Shown: positions 26,873 through 36,332 of the stretch, in pieces
Position numbering within the stretch: the stretch's first letter is position 1
How the letters are laid out: every line of letters starts with the position of its first letter
Assembly: GCA_902761275.1 (NCBI GenBank)
Contig: CACWJS010000001.1
Location: 11,477 to 75,476 of the forward strand
Length of the DNA: 64,000 nt
Direction: 5' to 3'
Source of the DNA: an uncultured bacterium
GTDB taxonomy: Bacteria; Verrucomicrobiota; Kiritimatiellia; RFP12; UBA1067
Program-made: the position numbers and the translations under genes
The notes under the pieces: model-generated
Database searches by the model: none
Seen by the model: the letters and a program-made list of their open reading frames with translations, nothing else
What the model was told of the DNA's origin: nothing

Positions 26873-29800
26873 TTGGTCGTGGACTCCTCCTCTTTTGATT
26901 CTTCTGCCATAGGTTCGGCCTTCGTCTCTTCCTTTGCCGCTTCGGCAGCAGGCTCCGCTTCGGGCTCCGCCTTCGCCGCCTCTTCCGGCTCGGCAGGTGC
27001 CTCCTTCGCCGCCTTCTCGGCCTTGAGCTTCGCGTTCTCGTTCTCGGCCTGCGCGGCCTCGTCGGCGGCCTTGATCTCCGCCTCAGCCTCGGCGAGCTTA
27101 CTCGAGCGGACCTCGGCCGCCAGATCGGATAGCATCGTCTGGTCGTCGTCGTCGCGCGACTTCATCTTCTCCTTCAGCGCCTTTAGCTCATCCTTCTTCC
27201 CCTCTTTGTCAAGCTCGTCCTTGTGCATCTCGAGCCAGTGATTGCGCTCTTCTTTGCTCATCTGCTCAAGCGCCTTGGCGCGCTTGACCTTCTCGTCCTC
27301 TATGGCGAGCTTGGTCTTGCGTTCCTCGTCCTGGTTCTTCCACTCGTCCTTGAGCTTGCGCATCTGCTCCTTCCTCGAGACGGGGTCGGCGATGGGCGAC
27401 GCGGACCAGCCGTGGTCGTCCCAAGGACGCGTGTCGCTGAGCGCCTTCTTGCGGCGGAGCGCCTCGGCCTGCGCGGCCTCGCCCTCTTCAAGCACATACG
27501 GAGTCATGAACACGAGAAGCTCCTTGCGGTTCTCGGACTGCGAAACCGTGCCAAACAGCCACTTGCCTATCCACGGAATGTCCTTCAATATCGGGATGCC
27601 GGTCTCTTCTTCCTGGGTAAACGTCTCGGTAAGTCCGCCCAAGACGACCGTCTGCATGTTCTCAAGCAGTATGTCGGCCGACATCTTGCGCGTAAGGGCC
27701 GTGTCGATGTTCTCCTTGCCGGTGCCGCCGTTGGAACCGCTGACCAGCACCGTCTGCCCCGCGCCGAGCTGCGAGTATTCCTCCTCAATCTCAAGCATGA
27801 CAGTCCCGTTCGGGTTGATCTTCGGCGTTACCTTGATCTTGATGCCGATGTCCTTGTCGGAGTAGTTGTACGTGACAGTCGGGTTGCTGCTGCCGTAGCC
27901 GGAAGTCGACGTCGAGCCGCTGTAGAACTTGCGGGACTCCGTCGCCTCGATCGTCGCCTCCTTGTTGTCGACCGTCATCACGATCGGCGAGGCGATGTAC
28001 TTCGCGTGATTGTCCGTCTTCGACGCCTGGATTATGGCAGCGAGGTTGAGCTTGTCGGACTTCAGAATGTAGTTGATGCCGCTCCCGATTGGGGTTGCGC
28101 CACCAAAGTATGCCGAGGTGGCATTGCTGCTGACGTTCATGACGGTGCTAAGGAGCGCAGACGAAGCCGTGCTGCCGCCACCGCCGCCGAGCCCAAAATT
28201 TCCGTTGTTGACAAGACCGTCGCGCGCAACCTTGGAAACCGTCGGAAAGAACGTGCTGGCAGTGTCCTCGATGATCGTCGTAATCGTACTTTCGCTGCCA
28301 TCTGCACTAGTGCTCGTTCTCGTCGACGAAGACGACTTCTCGTAGCCCTCTGCAACGAGGTTGCCCAAAATTGACGTCGACGATCCAGTTTCTTCGCCGT
28401 CAACTGTCGTCGTAGTCTTTCGCTGCATGTAGTATAGCGGCTGGCCCATGCTGTTCTTCCGCTGCTCCGATTTTCGCCCACGTCCGCGCATGACCCAGTC
28501 CACGCCCGTCTGGAGCTCGTCGCCAAGCGTGACCTCGATGATGACCGTCTCGATGAGAACCTGGCTGAGCTTCACGTCCATCGCCTCGATGATGCTTTCG
28601 ACGACGGGGACAAGGTCCTTGTTCGTCATTACGACAAGCCCGTTGATCCTCTTGTCGGCGAGGACAGTCGTATTCTCCTTGGAAAGCTCGCCAGCCTTCG
28701 CCTCGCCAGTGCGCTGGTTGGCGCTCTTCCGCGTCGCGGTCGCCGCTGCCGCACCTGTCGGAGAGGAGACGCGGGTCGTGCCGCCCTGCCCCTTTGCGGC
28801 GGCGTTCTGGTTGCTCTTGGAATTACTCTTCGACGACGGCGCGTTGCCGATGAGGTCGTTGATCATGTCCGAGACTTCCTCTGCCTCGGCGTACTTGAGA
28901 CGATAGACCTTGACTACCGTGTCGGGCGTAGTCTCGACGTCTAGCTGCTTGATCACCTTTTCGAAAAAGTCGTAGTTCGACTTGGACGTTATTATCACAA
29001 GCTTGTTCGAGCGCTCGTCGGCGAGGATGAGCACCTTGCCGCGGATCATCCCGCGGTCAGCGTCGGACATCGCCGTCACAGTCGACTCCAAGGGCTTCGG
29101 CGCCTCTGGCTGATTGCGGTTGGCACCGAGGAGCCGTGGGCCGCCGATCGACGCCGGGCGGGTGAAGCCATTCTGCGAACCGGCATTGTTCTGCACGGCC
29201 TTGCCGTTCTTCTCCTGCTCCTTCTGCGACTCCTGTACGATCTGTTCGAGCGCCTGCTTGATGTCGCTCGCGGAAGCATTCTCGACCTGGTAGACGAACA
29301 CCTGTTCAAGGACTGGAGAGGAGATGTCCATCGCCCTCGCGATCTCGTCCATGCGCTTGATGTTCTGCCACGTGTCGGTCACGAGTATCGAGTTCGTACG
29401 CTCGAAGACATTGAGGATGCCGGTATCCGACTTGAAGTTCTCGAGCGCCTTCTGCGCCTCGCCGGTCGCGATTGACTTGAACGATATCATCACGGAAATC
29501 ACCCTGCCGTCCTTTGCATTCTCGGGAACGTCGGTGATGTCCATGTAGAGCGGGATGCCCTCCTTGCGGGCCTTGCCGCGCGGAACGGCGCGGATGAACT
29601 TCTCGCCGTAAGGCTCCAAGTGGATGCCGTTCATCTCGAGCACGACCTCGATTGCCTCAAGGTACTCCTCCTTGGAGAGCTTCTGCCCCTCGCGCGACTT
29701 GAGGGTGATCGTCGCGTTCGGAACGGCGGGGTCCTTCAGGATCGTCTTCCCAACCTGCTCACCGTACGTCTGGAAGACGATGTCGACGGGCGTGGCGTCC

Positions 29801-29895
29801 CAGTTGAGCGCTGGTGCCTCCTTGGGCTCGGCGTCCTGTGCGGACGCCATTGCCGAGACGAGCAGCGCGATGCTGCAGACAAGCGTTTTTTTCAT
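26869..29895 (-). CDS. Secretin (GspD/PilQ family) with long charged C-terminal coiled-coil tail
   Basis: Signal peptide; N0/N1-type secretin_N domains; secretin core (GGLTETFTQEEETGIPILKDIPWIGKWLFG); ~200-aa KE-rich tail. Confidence 0.85.
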   Translation of the reverse strand: MKKTLVCSIALLVSAMASAQDAEPKEAPALNWDATPVDIVFQTYGEQVGKTILKDPAVPNATITLKSREGQKLSKEEYLEAIEVVLEMNGIHLEPYGEKFIRAVPRGKARKEGIPLYMDITDVPENAKDGRVISVMISFKSIATGEAQKALENFKSDTGILNVFERTNSILVTDTWQNIKRMDEIARAMDISSPVLEQVFVYQVENASASDIKQALEQIVQESQKEQEKNGKAVQNNAGSQNGFTRPASIGGPRLLGANRNQPEAPKPLESTVTAMSDADRGMIRGKVLILADERSNKLVIITSKSNYDFFEKVIKQLDVETTPDTVVKVYRLKYAEAEEVSDMINDLIGNAPSSKSNSKSNQNAAAKGQGGTTRVSSPTGAAAATATRKSANQRTGEAKAGELSKENTTVLADKRINGLVVMTNKDLVPVVESIIEAMDVKLSQVLIETVIIEVTLGDELQTGVDWVMRGRGRKSEQRKNSMGQPLYYMQRKTTTTVDGEETGSSTSILGNLVAEGYEKSSSSTRTSTSADGSESTITTIIEDTASTFFPTVSKVARDGLVNNGNFGLGGGGGSTASSALLSTVMNVSSNATSAYFGGATPIGSGINYILKSDKLNLAAIIQASKTDNHAKYIASPIVMTVDNKEATIEATESRKFYSGSTSTSGYGSSNPTVTYNYSDKDIGIKIKVTPKINPNGTVMLEIEEEYSQLGAGQTVLVSGSNGGTGKENIDTALTRKMSADILLENMQTVVLGGLTETFTQEEETGIPILKDIPWIGKWLFGTVSQSENRKELLVFMTPYVLEEGEAAQAEALRRKKALSDTRPWDDHGWSASPIADPVSRKEQMRKLKDEWKNQDEERKTKLAIEDEKVKRAKALEQMSKEERNHWLEMHKDELDKEGKKDELKALKEKMKSRDDDDQTMLSDLAAEVRSSKLAEAEAEIKAADEAAQAENENAKLKAEKAAKEAPAEPEEAAKAEPEAEPAAEAAKEETKAEPMAEESKEEESTTK

Positions 29896-29899
29896 AAGA

Positions 29900-30436
29900 T
29901 CAGTCCTCCCTCATATAGGCGCAGGTCAGCGTAAACGACCCTTTCATGTAGCCCTTCTTCGAACTTGGCTTGAAATTGAGGTATCCGACGTCAAACATCC
30001 CCTCGGATGTGTTCTCGAGCTCGTGCATGAACTTTACGAGCGATTCGAGCGCGCCCTCCCAGTTCCTCACCTCGATCTGGAGCTCAAGGACGTCGCCCTT
30101 CTCGATCTCCTTGCCGGGCTGGCGCTGGGAAATGGAGATGTGATGCTTCTCTGCGAGTTCGTCGAGCTTCTGGAGCCATGTAGTATCCGTCGCCTTGCCG
30201 AACGCGAAAGTCGGCATCTGCGCCTTCTCCTCCTCGTAGGCGTCGTTCCACTTCTGGCGCTCGCCGATGAGCTTGCGCTCGGACTCGTACGTCTTCTTGG
30301 CCCCGGCATACACTTTCGCAGCCCGCTTCCACGCGTCCTGCTGGCTCACGAACCACAAGACCACCGCCATCGCGTAGAGCGCAAGCACCACGACGGCCGC
30401 AACAACCGCCTTTTCGCGAAGGGACTTGTTGTTCAT
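29900..30436 (-). CDS. GspM/PilO-like bitopic assembly protein
   Basis: 178 aa, one N-terminal TM, periplasmic coiled coil; lies between GspL-like and secretin genes. Confidence 0.5.
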   Translation of the reverse strand: MNNKSLREKAVVAAVVVLALYAMAVVLWFVSQQDAWKRAAKVYAGAKKTYESERKLIGERQKWNDAYEEEKAQMPTFAFGKATDTTWLQKLDELAEKHHISISQRQPGKEIEKGDVLELQIEVRNWEGALESLVKFMHELENTSEGMFDVGYLNFKPSSKKGYMKGSFTLTCAYMRED

Positions 30437-31680
30437 TCTTGCTCCTCCCCCTCGAAACGGCAGTCGATGTCAAAGCGTTGACGGCCGCCCTTGCCTGCGG
30501 ACGGGCCCTGCAAGTCGACCTGCGCGAAAAGGCCGCAGTCGACGAGCGCGTCCTTGAACTGGTAGACGAGCGCGGTGGAATCGGCCTCGCCAGAGAACTT
30601 CACGCCACCCGAACGTTCGCCGTCCTCGCGCCTGAAGTTCCAGGAATTTAGCTCGATGCAGGACGAGTCGGCCCCGTCGGGAAGCGGCAGGAGGTCGGAG
30701 ACCATCTTCATCGTCTCCAAGGCACCACGCGCGTGGTCGGAATACTTGCGAACAAGGTCTACCTTCTCCTTCATCGCGAGAACGGACTTGTACTGGCGCG
30801 AGTGCTCCCTGCAAAGGCTCTTCTGCCGGTCTGTCAGGAGACCGAACACCACGGGCACGCCGAAAAGGATCAACATGACAAACGCCCAGATTCCGCCGGC
30901 GATCGCGAGGAACTTCTTGAGCTTCGCCTTAAAGCGCGTCTCATCGAGCACCTCGCGCCAGCTCTCTGGCAGCGCGTCAAGGGAAGACGGCTCGCCAGAG
31001 CGTTCCTCTACGCCCTTGAGCGCAAGCGCGATGCGGTCTTCGCCCGCCTCTATGCGGCGCACTGGGGCGAACGGCTCAAGACTCGACGCGTCTACATCGC
31101 CCGATACGACGATCTCGGAAAGCGGCTTCGCGCCACCGAAGTCCTCGGCCTCGAGAAGCGAAAGCATCACTTCGCGCCGCAAGTCGCCCTCGGACGTGAT
31201 CGCGCGCACTGCGGACGGCTGGTCGTCGTCGAGCACGAAAAGCGAAAGGCAGTCGGCGCCCTTCAGAAGGACAAGGCGACGAACCCCGGTGCGTCCGTCG
31301 GAAAGCTGCGACCAAAGCCCGCGCAATTCGCCAAGCGAGAGGATGTCGACACGGGTAACGTTGATTTTAGCGGCATCGAGAGCATCCGCAATGTCGTCTG
31401 CGGCTCCCTCGGGGAGCGCTGCTGCGAGAACTACGCGTCCCTTTTCCGATTCGCGAACAGTCTCGCAAGACACGGTAAGCGGTTCGTCGGGGAACGGTGA
31501 GACGGCGGCAAGGATCCCAGACGCCGTCTCCACGGCGTCCGCCTCTTCGGGAACCCTCACCATCTTGACGACGAGACGCGACAAAGGCAAGGCCAGCACC
31601 GCTTCGCCAGGAACTATTTCCGAGCCAAGCGGGCGCAATTCGCCGCCCTCAAAGGCGACGACCTGTATACTTTCGGCCAT
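30433..31680 (-). CDS. GspL-like (PilM-PilN-type) bitopic assembly protein
   Basis: Cytoplasmic actin-like N-domain, one TM (FLAIAGGIWAFVMLILFGVPVVFGLL), periplasmic C-domain; first gene of secretin cluster. Confidence 0.55.
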   Translation of the reverse strand: MAESIQVVAFEGGELRPLGSEIVPGEAVLALPLSRLVVKMVRVPEEADAVETASGILAAVSPFPDEPLTVSCETVRESEKGRVVLAAALPEGAADDIADALDAAKINVTRVDILSLGELRGLWSQLSDGRTGVRRLVLLKGADCLSLFVLDDDQPSAVRAITSEGDLRREVMLSLLEAEDFGGAKPLSEIVVSGDVDASSLEPFAPVRRIEAGEDRIALALKGVEERSGEPSSLDALPESWREVLDETRFKAKLKKFLAIAGGIWAFVMLILFGVPVVFGLLTDRQKSLCREHSRQYKSVLAMKEKVDLVRKYSDHARGALETMKMVSDLLPLPDGADSSCIELNSWNFRREDGERSGGVKFSGEADSTALVYQFKDALVDCGLFAQVDLQGPSAGKGGRQRFDIDCRFEGEEQE

Positions 31681-31694
31681 TTGAACAAATTATA

Positions 31695-32429
31695 TCAAAA
31701 ACTGGGTATTTTGGGAACGACCTCAAGCAAATGTTTAGTATATTCGCTCTTTGGGTTCGCAAAGACCTCTTCAGAGGTTCCAGCATCGACAAAAAGCCCC
31801 TTCTCCATTACACAGACATTATCACACACATTCTTGACGACGGCGAGGTCGTGCGCCACGAGGAGAATCGAAAGTCCGAGGTCGCGGCGAAGGTCCCTGA
31901 GGAGGTTCAGGACTCGCGCCTGCACCGACACGTCAAGCGCCGAAACCGGCTCGTCGGCGATTAGCACCTTTGGCTGGCATGCAAGTGCGCGCGCGACTGA
32001 GACACGCTGGCACTGACCGCCGGAAAGCTCGCGCGGATACTGGTCGAGAACGGCCTTCGAAAGCCCCACGAGGGTGACAAGCCCGCCGGCATCCGTCGCG
32101 CCCTTCAAGTCAATCGCGCCACCCTTCGCCTTGCGCGTCGCATGGTGAAGGGTCTCGTCGAGCATCTGGCGCACGGTCATGCGCGGATTGAGCGAGCCGA
32201 CGGCGTCCTGGAAAATCATCTGGAGGCCGACTCCGGGCGCGATAGTGATCTTGCCCGCCGAGGGGCTTTCGAGCCCCACGAGCGTCTTCGCGATAGTCGA
32301 CTTCCCTGAACCCGACTCGCCGACGATCCCAAGCATCTCGCCCTCGCCAAGCGAGAACGAAACGCCCTTTACGGCCTCGAACGAGCCATACTTCACATGC
32401 AGATCTTCGACTTCAAGCAGTTTGTTCAT
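31695..32429 (-). CDS. ABC transporter ATP-binding protein (Dpp/Opp-type)
   Basis: Walker A GESGSGKST, signature LSGGQ, Walker B ILIADEP, H-loop. Confidence 0.85.
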   Translation of the reverse strand: MNKLLEVEDLHVKYGSFEAVKGVSFSLGEGEMLGIVGESGSGKSTIAKTLVGLESPSAGKITIAPGVGLQMIFQDAVGSLNPRMTVRQMLDETLHHATRKAKGGAIDLKGATDAGGLVTLVGLSKAVLDQYPRELSGGQCQRVSVARALACQPKVLIADEPVSALDVSVQARVLNLLRDLRRDLGLSILLVAHDLAVVKNVCDNVCVMEKGLFVDAGTSEEVFANPKSEYTKHLLEVVPKIPSF

Positions 32430-33790
32430 TTCAGCAGCCTCCGGCAGTTTGCATCAAGTTCACGGCGACGCCTCTCCGCCGATTCGCAGGCGGTGGCGAT
32501 GCGCGAGCGGTAAAGATCGTGGTCGAGCCCGAGGCATGTGCCCTCGTGTTTCTTGAGGGCAACGGCCTCGTCAGGGTTCTCGGCGTCGAGCTGTTCGAGA
32601 TGGTCCCGTACGTCGTGGTATGCGTCACGCCACGGCGTTCCCTTCGCGACCTTGCGAAGCGCGACGTCCGTCGCAAAAACTCCAGGCGTAAACGCGGCGC
32701 GGCACGCGGCGGGATCTACCTTCATCCCCTTGACGACCTTCGCGAGAATTCTCAGTGTCGTGCGCGTGATGTCGAGACCCTTCATATAGAGCCACTTGCA
32801 ATCCTGCAGGTCGCGGTTGTAGCCGCCAGGCATCGCGTGGAGAAGCGAAAGCGAAGCCGTCTGGAGCCCGAGGACCTGGGCAGCCTTCGAGCGGACGAGC
32901 TCGAGCACGTCTGGGTTGAACTTCTGCGGCATAATCGACGAACCGGTGCAGTACTCGCGCGGCAGGCGGAAGTACGCGAACTCTGGCATCGAGAAAAGGA
33001 TCATGTCCTCGGCGAGGCGCGAGAGGACGGCCATCAGCTGCGCGAGCGCCGAAAGAAGCGCCGCCTCGCATTCGCCGCGCGCCATCGAAGCGCCGAAGCA
33101 ATTGTGGATCGTGCGGGAAAAGCCGAGGAGCTTCGTCGTGCGCGTGCGGTCGAGCGGCAGCGGAACGCCGTATCCAGCGGCGCTCCCGAGGGGATTCGCG
33201 TCTGCGAGCGCGTAGGCCGCCTCGAGGTTCGCAAGCTGGTCGAGCACCATCTCGGCGTGGCCGGTCGCCCACATCTCGACGGTAGACGGCATCGCCGGCT
33301 GGAGATGCGTGCGCCCGACGAGCGGAATCGCGCCCGCGCACCAGCCGAAGTAGCAGAGCTCCGCGGCAAGAGCGCCAAGCTCTCCCTCTGCGGCAAGGAT
33401 CTCGTCCTTTATGTGAAGCCGGACGTCAACTGCAACCTGGTCGTTGCGGCTGCGACCCGTGTGTATCTTCTTGCCAAGGTCGCCGAGTTCCTCGGTAAGA
33501 AGGCGCTCGACGGCCATGTGAACATCCTGGTCGTCTTCGCGAATCGTGAACTTCCCCTTATCCGCGAGCGCGACGACGCGGCCAAGCGCCTTCCTGACCT
33601 TCGCGGCCTCTTGCTTCGTGACGACGGGGCGCTTGAGCCCCTTCATCTCCGAAAGCATCGTCACGTGTGCGGCGGTGCCCATACAGTCCCACTTCGCAAG
33701 CGCAAGATCGAGAACGGGATCGTCGCCCACCGTGTAGGCGAGAACGTCTGGGTCTACCGTGGAGTCGGTGATCGTCTTCTTCGTCTTCAT
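32426..33790 (-). CDS. argH: Argininosuccinate lyase
   Basis: True start MKTKKTITD at 33790; fumarate-lyase signature GSSIMPQKFNP; HTGRSRNDQVA loop. Confidence 0.9.
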   Translation of the reverse strand: MKTKKTITDSTVDPDVLAYTVGDDPVLDLALAKWDCMGTAAHVTMLSEMKGLKRPVVTKQEAAKVRKALGRVVALADKGKFTIREDDQDVHMAVERLLTEELGDLGKKIHTGRSRNDQVAVDVRLHIKDEILAAEGELGALAAELCYFGWCAGAIPLVGRTHLQPAMPSTVEMWATGHAEMVLDQLANLEAAYALADANPLGSAAGYGVPLPLDRTRTTKLLGFSRTIHNCFGASMARGECEAALLSALAQLMAVLSRLAEDMILFSMPEFAYFRLPREYCTGSSIMPQKFNPDVLELVRSKAAQVLGLQTASLSLLHAMPGGYNRDLQDCKWLYMKGLDITRTTLRILAKVVKGMKVDPAACRAAFTPGVFATDVALRKVAKGTPWRDAYHDVRDHLEQLDAENPDEAVALKKHEGTCLGLDHDLYRSRIATACESAERRRRELDANCRRLLK

Positions 33791-34569
33791 TCTTCGAGCA
33801 CTCCTTTCAATTTCGCATCCGCATCGTCTAAAAGCTTCAGCAGCTCCTCGCCAGAGAGCTTGAACCTCGCGAGTTCGACCAGGAACTTCGCGTATGCCTC
33901 TACCGCCTCGTTCATCTTGTCGCCGTGGCCCGAGCCGAACAGCATCAGCGACTGTATCTTCTGGTATGCGGCAAGCCGGACAAACGGGTCTTCCTTCGCA
34001 AACAGAACCGCATCCCGGAAAGAGCACGCGGCGTATTTGCCGCAGAAAGGCATGGCATAAAGCTCGGGATACAGGAAAAGCCGCGAGGCAAAGGTCATGA
34101 CGTCGTCCTTTGTAGCCACTCCCGGCAGGTGGACGCCGCGCAGCAGCTTCAGGTAGTCTTCATCCGTCTTGCCCGCGGCGTATTCGCCGCGCTCGCGCCA
34201 GGCGGCGACCTCGGACTGAATGTCCTCGACGCGCGTCACCGGGTCGGCCTCGCGCAGCTTCTTCGTGACGCCTGCGTCGTCAAGGTCAACGCCGTCTACG
34301 GCGCGGTAGAACGCGCGGACGACTTCGTGGCGGAACTTCCCGAGGTCCGCTCCAGACGGCGACGGCAGGTAGATGCGCGTGAACTTCATGCCGCCAGTAC
34401 GCGTAGCAGGGCGCGCAATCACGTCGGTGAGGTTGGTGCGGACGTCCCCGATGCGGACGATTATGCCCGGTTCTGCAAACTTCAGCTGCTTCTTGTTCTC
34501 GGCGGCATACAGTTTGCGGCAGATGCCAGAGGTGAAAGACGCGACTGGAAGCTGGAAGTCGCGGCGCAT
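33787..34569 (-). CDS. Hypothetical protein (start uncertain; could begin at an upstream TTG/GTG up to ~34700)
   Basis: Protein-like composition from MRRDFQLPVASF onward; extended -10 (ATTATACCA, 34703-34711) just below epmA stop suggests a promoter there. Confidence 0.4.
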   Translation of the reverse strand: MRRDFQLPVASFTSGICRKLYAAENKKQLKFAEPGIIVRIGDVRTNLTDVIARPATRTGGMKFTRIYLPSPSGADLGKFRHEVVRAFYRAVDGVDLDDAGVTKKLREADPVTRVEDIQSEVAAWRERGEYAAGKTDEDYLKLLRGVHLPGVATKDDVMTFASRLFLYPELYAMPFCGKYAACSFRDAVLFAKEDPFVRLAAYQKIQSLMLFGSGHGDKMNEAVEAYAKFLVELARFKLSGEELLKLLDDADAKLKGVLEE

Positions 34570-34715
34570 GTCCGCGGGACAGTCGCCGTAGACCTGGACG
34601 AGGCCATCAAGCTGCGTCACCGGCGCGGCTCTGAAGCGGTCGATGATCTCGGCTTTGGTAAGCGTCGCAAGCAATATAGTGGCAATTAGAGTCAAGGGTA
34701 GTATTATACCATAAT

Positions 34716-35549
34716 TCACTCGCCGCACATGGCGGAGTGGATATCGGCTTCGCCGAGAGCGAGCGCGACGAACCGGTCGACGCCGAGCGCAACGCCCGAC
34801 GCGCTTCCGACGAGCGGCAGAAGTTCGAGAAACTCCTCGTCGACGGGATAGTCGCTTTCCCCGAGAAGACGCCTCTCCTCCTTCGCCGCGAGAAAGCGCC
34901 GTCTCTGCTCCGCGCCGTCGCAAAGCTCGGTGAAGCAGTTCGCAAGTTCGACGCCGCCCATGTAGAGTTCCCAACGCTCAGCGACATCGCCGCGAAGCCG
35001 CGCGAGCGACGCGGCCTCCTTCGGATAGTCCATGAGAAACACGGGGTCCTTCGGAAGACTCGGCTCTATCTTCGCAGCCATGTCAAAGTCGAAGCGGTTC
35101 TGGTTCCATTCAGCCCACGGGTCCCACCCCGCCCACTTCAAGTACGCCTCTCGCACCGTAATCCGCAGGGGCGCGGCGCTATCGGGTATTATTTCACGAA
35201 GCAGCGCTTCCGCGTCGGCCGCGATGTCGAGATAGGTCGCGCCGAGGCGATACCACTCGATCATCGTAAACTCTGGGTTGTGGCGCGCGCCGAGTTCGCC
35301 GTCGCGAAAGCACGGGCCGATCTGGTAGATTCTGTCCATGCCGGCGGCAAGGAGCTTTTTCATCTGGAGCTCGGGCGACGCGCGAAGAAATCCCTTCCCG
35401 CACGGCGGGCAGTCGATGTGCGGCTCGGGCGCGGGCGCGGAAATCAAGACAGGCGTCGACACTTCCGTGAAGCCGCGATTGTCGAAAAACGCGCGGACGG
35501 CTCGAATGATCTCCGCTCGGCGCTTCAGGTTCTCGACGAGGCCGCCCAT
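34716..35549 (-). CDS. epmA: Elongation factor P beta-lysine ligase EpmA (PoxA/GenX; LysRS class II paralog)
   Basis: Class II aaRS motifs in a truncated LysRS-like protein: QIGPCFRDGE, MIEWYR, GVALGVDR. Confidence 0.85.
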   Translation of the reverse strand: MGGLVENLKRRAEIIRAVRAFFDNRGFTEVSTPVLISAPAPEPHIDCPPCGKGFLRASPELQMKKLLAAGMDRIYQIGPCFRDGELGARHNPEFTMIEWYRLGATYLDIAADAEALLREIIPDSAAPLRITVREAYLKWAGWDPWAEWNQNRFDFDMAAKIEPSLPKDPVFLMDYPKEAASLARLRGDVAERWELYMGGVELANCFTELCDGAEQRRRFLAAKEERRLLGESDYPVDEEFLELLPLVGSASGVALGVDRFVALALGEADIHSAMCGE

Positions 35550-35550
35550 C

Positions 35551-36324
35551 TCACTCGCGTATCCTGAACGCCTCTATCGACGTTGGCTTCTTCGTCGCCG
35601 GGTCGAAGTCAACTATCGCGCCCTCGAGGACGCAGGGGCCTTCCGCGACCTCGAAGCGCGCAGGGATTCCCGTGACGAACTTCTTCGTGACGGGAGCGAG
35701 GTCGCGCCCTATCGACGAAATATAGGGACCCGTCATGCCGAGGTCGGTGATGTACGCCGTTCCCTTAGGGAGAAGCCGTGCGTCCGACGTCTGGACGTGC
35801 GTATGCGTGCCGACTATCGCCGTCACGCGTCCGTCTACGTAGTGCGCCATCGTCATCTTCTCGCTCGTCGCCTCGGCGTGGAAGTCGACGAACACGGAAA
35901 CGTTCTTCGGAATCTCTGCGAGGACTCGGTCGATTGCCTTGAACGGACAGTCGACGGCCTGCATGAAGACGCGTCCCTGCACGTTGACGACGGCGAACTG
36001 GAACGTCGGCGCAGTTACAAGCGTCCACCCGCGGCCAGGGCATTCGGGGGCGAAGTTCGCGGGCCTGACGACGCGCTCAAGGGAGCCAATCTGCCCGGCA
36101 AACTCCTTCTGCCCCCAGGTGTGGTCGCCAAGCGTGATCGCATCGGCGCCAGAATCGAAAATCTCCTTCGCGAGCGCCGCGGTAAGGCCAGAGCCCGCCG
36201 CGCAGTTCTCGGCGTTCACGACGACGGCGGCAAGCAAGAGCTCGCGCCTGAGGCGCTTGAGCTCCTTCGCAAGAATTCGCCGTCCGGGGCTGCCGACGAC
36301 GTCGCCTATCATCAGTATCTTCAC
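35551..36324 (-). CDS. YmdB-like metallophosphoesterase (TIGR00282)
   Basis: Probable GTG start giving MKILMIGDVVGSPGR; GDHTWGQKE; GTHTHVQTSDARLLPKGTAYITDLGMTG. Confidence 0.8.
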   Translation of the reverse strand: MKILMIGDVVGSPGRRILAKELKRLRRELLLAAVVVNAENCAAGSGLTAALAKEIFDSGADAITLGDHTWGQKEFAGQIGSLERVVRPANFAPECPGRGWTLVTAPTFQFAVVNVQGRVFMQAVDCPFKAIDRVLAEIPKNVSVFVDFHAEATSEKMTMAHYVDGRVTAIVGTHTHVQTSDARLLPKGTAYITDLGMTGPYISSIGRDLAPVTKKFVTGIPARFEVAEGPCVLEGAIVDFDPATKKPTSIEAFRIRE

Positions 36325-36332
36325 TGTCTTGA

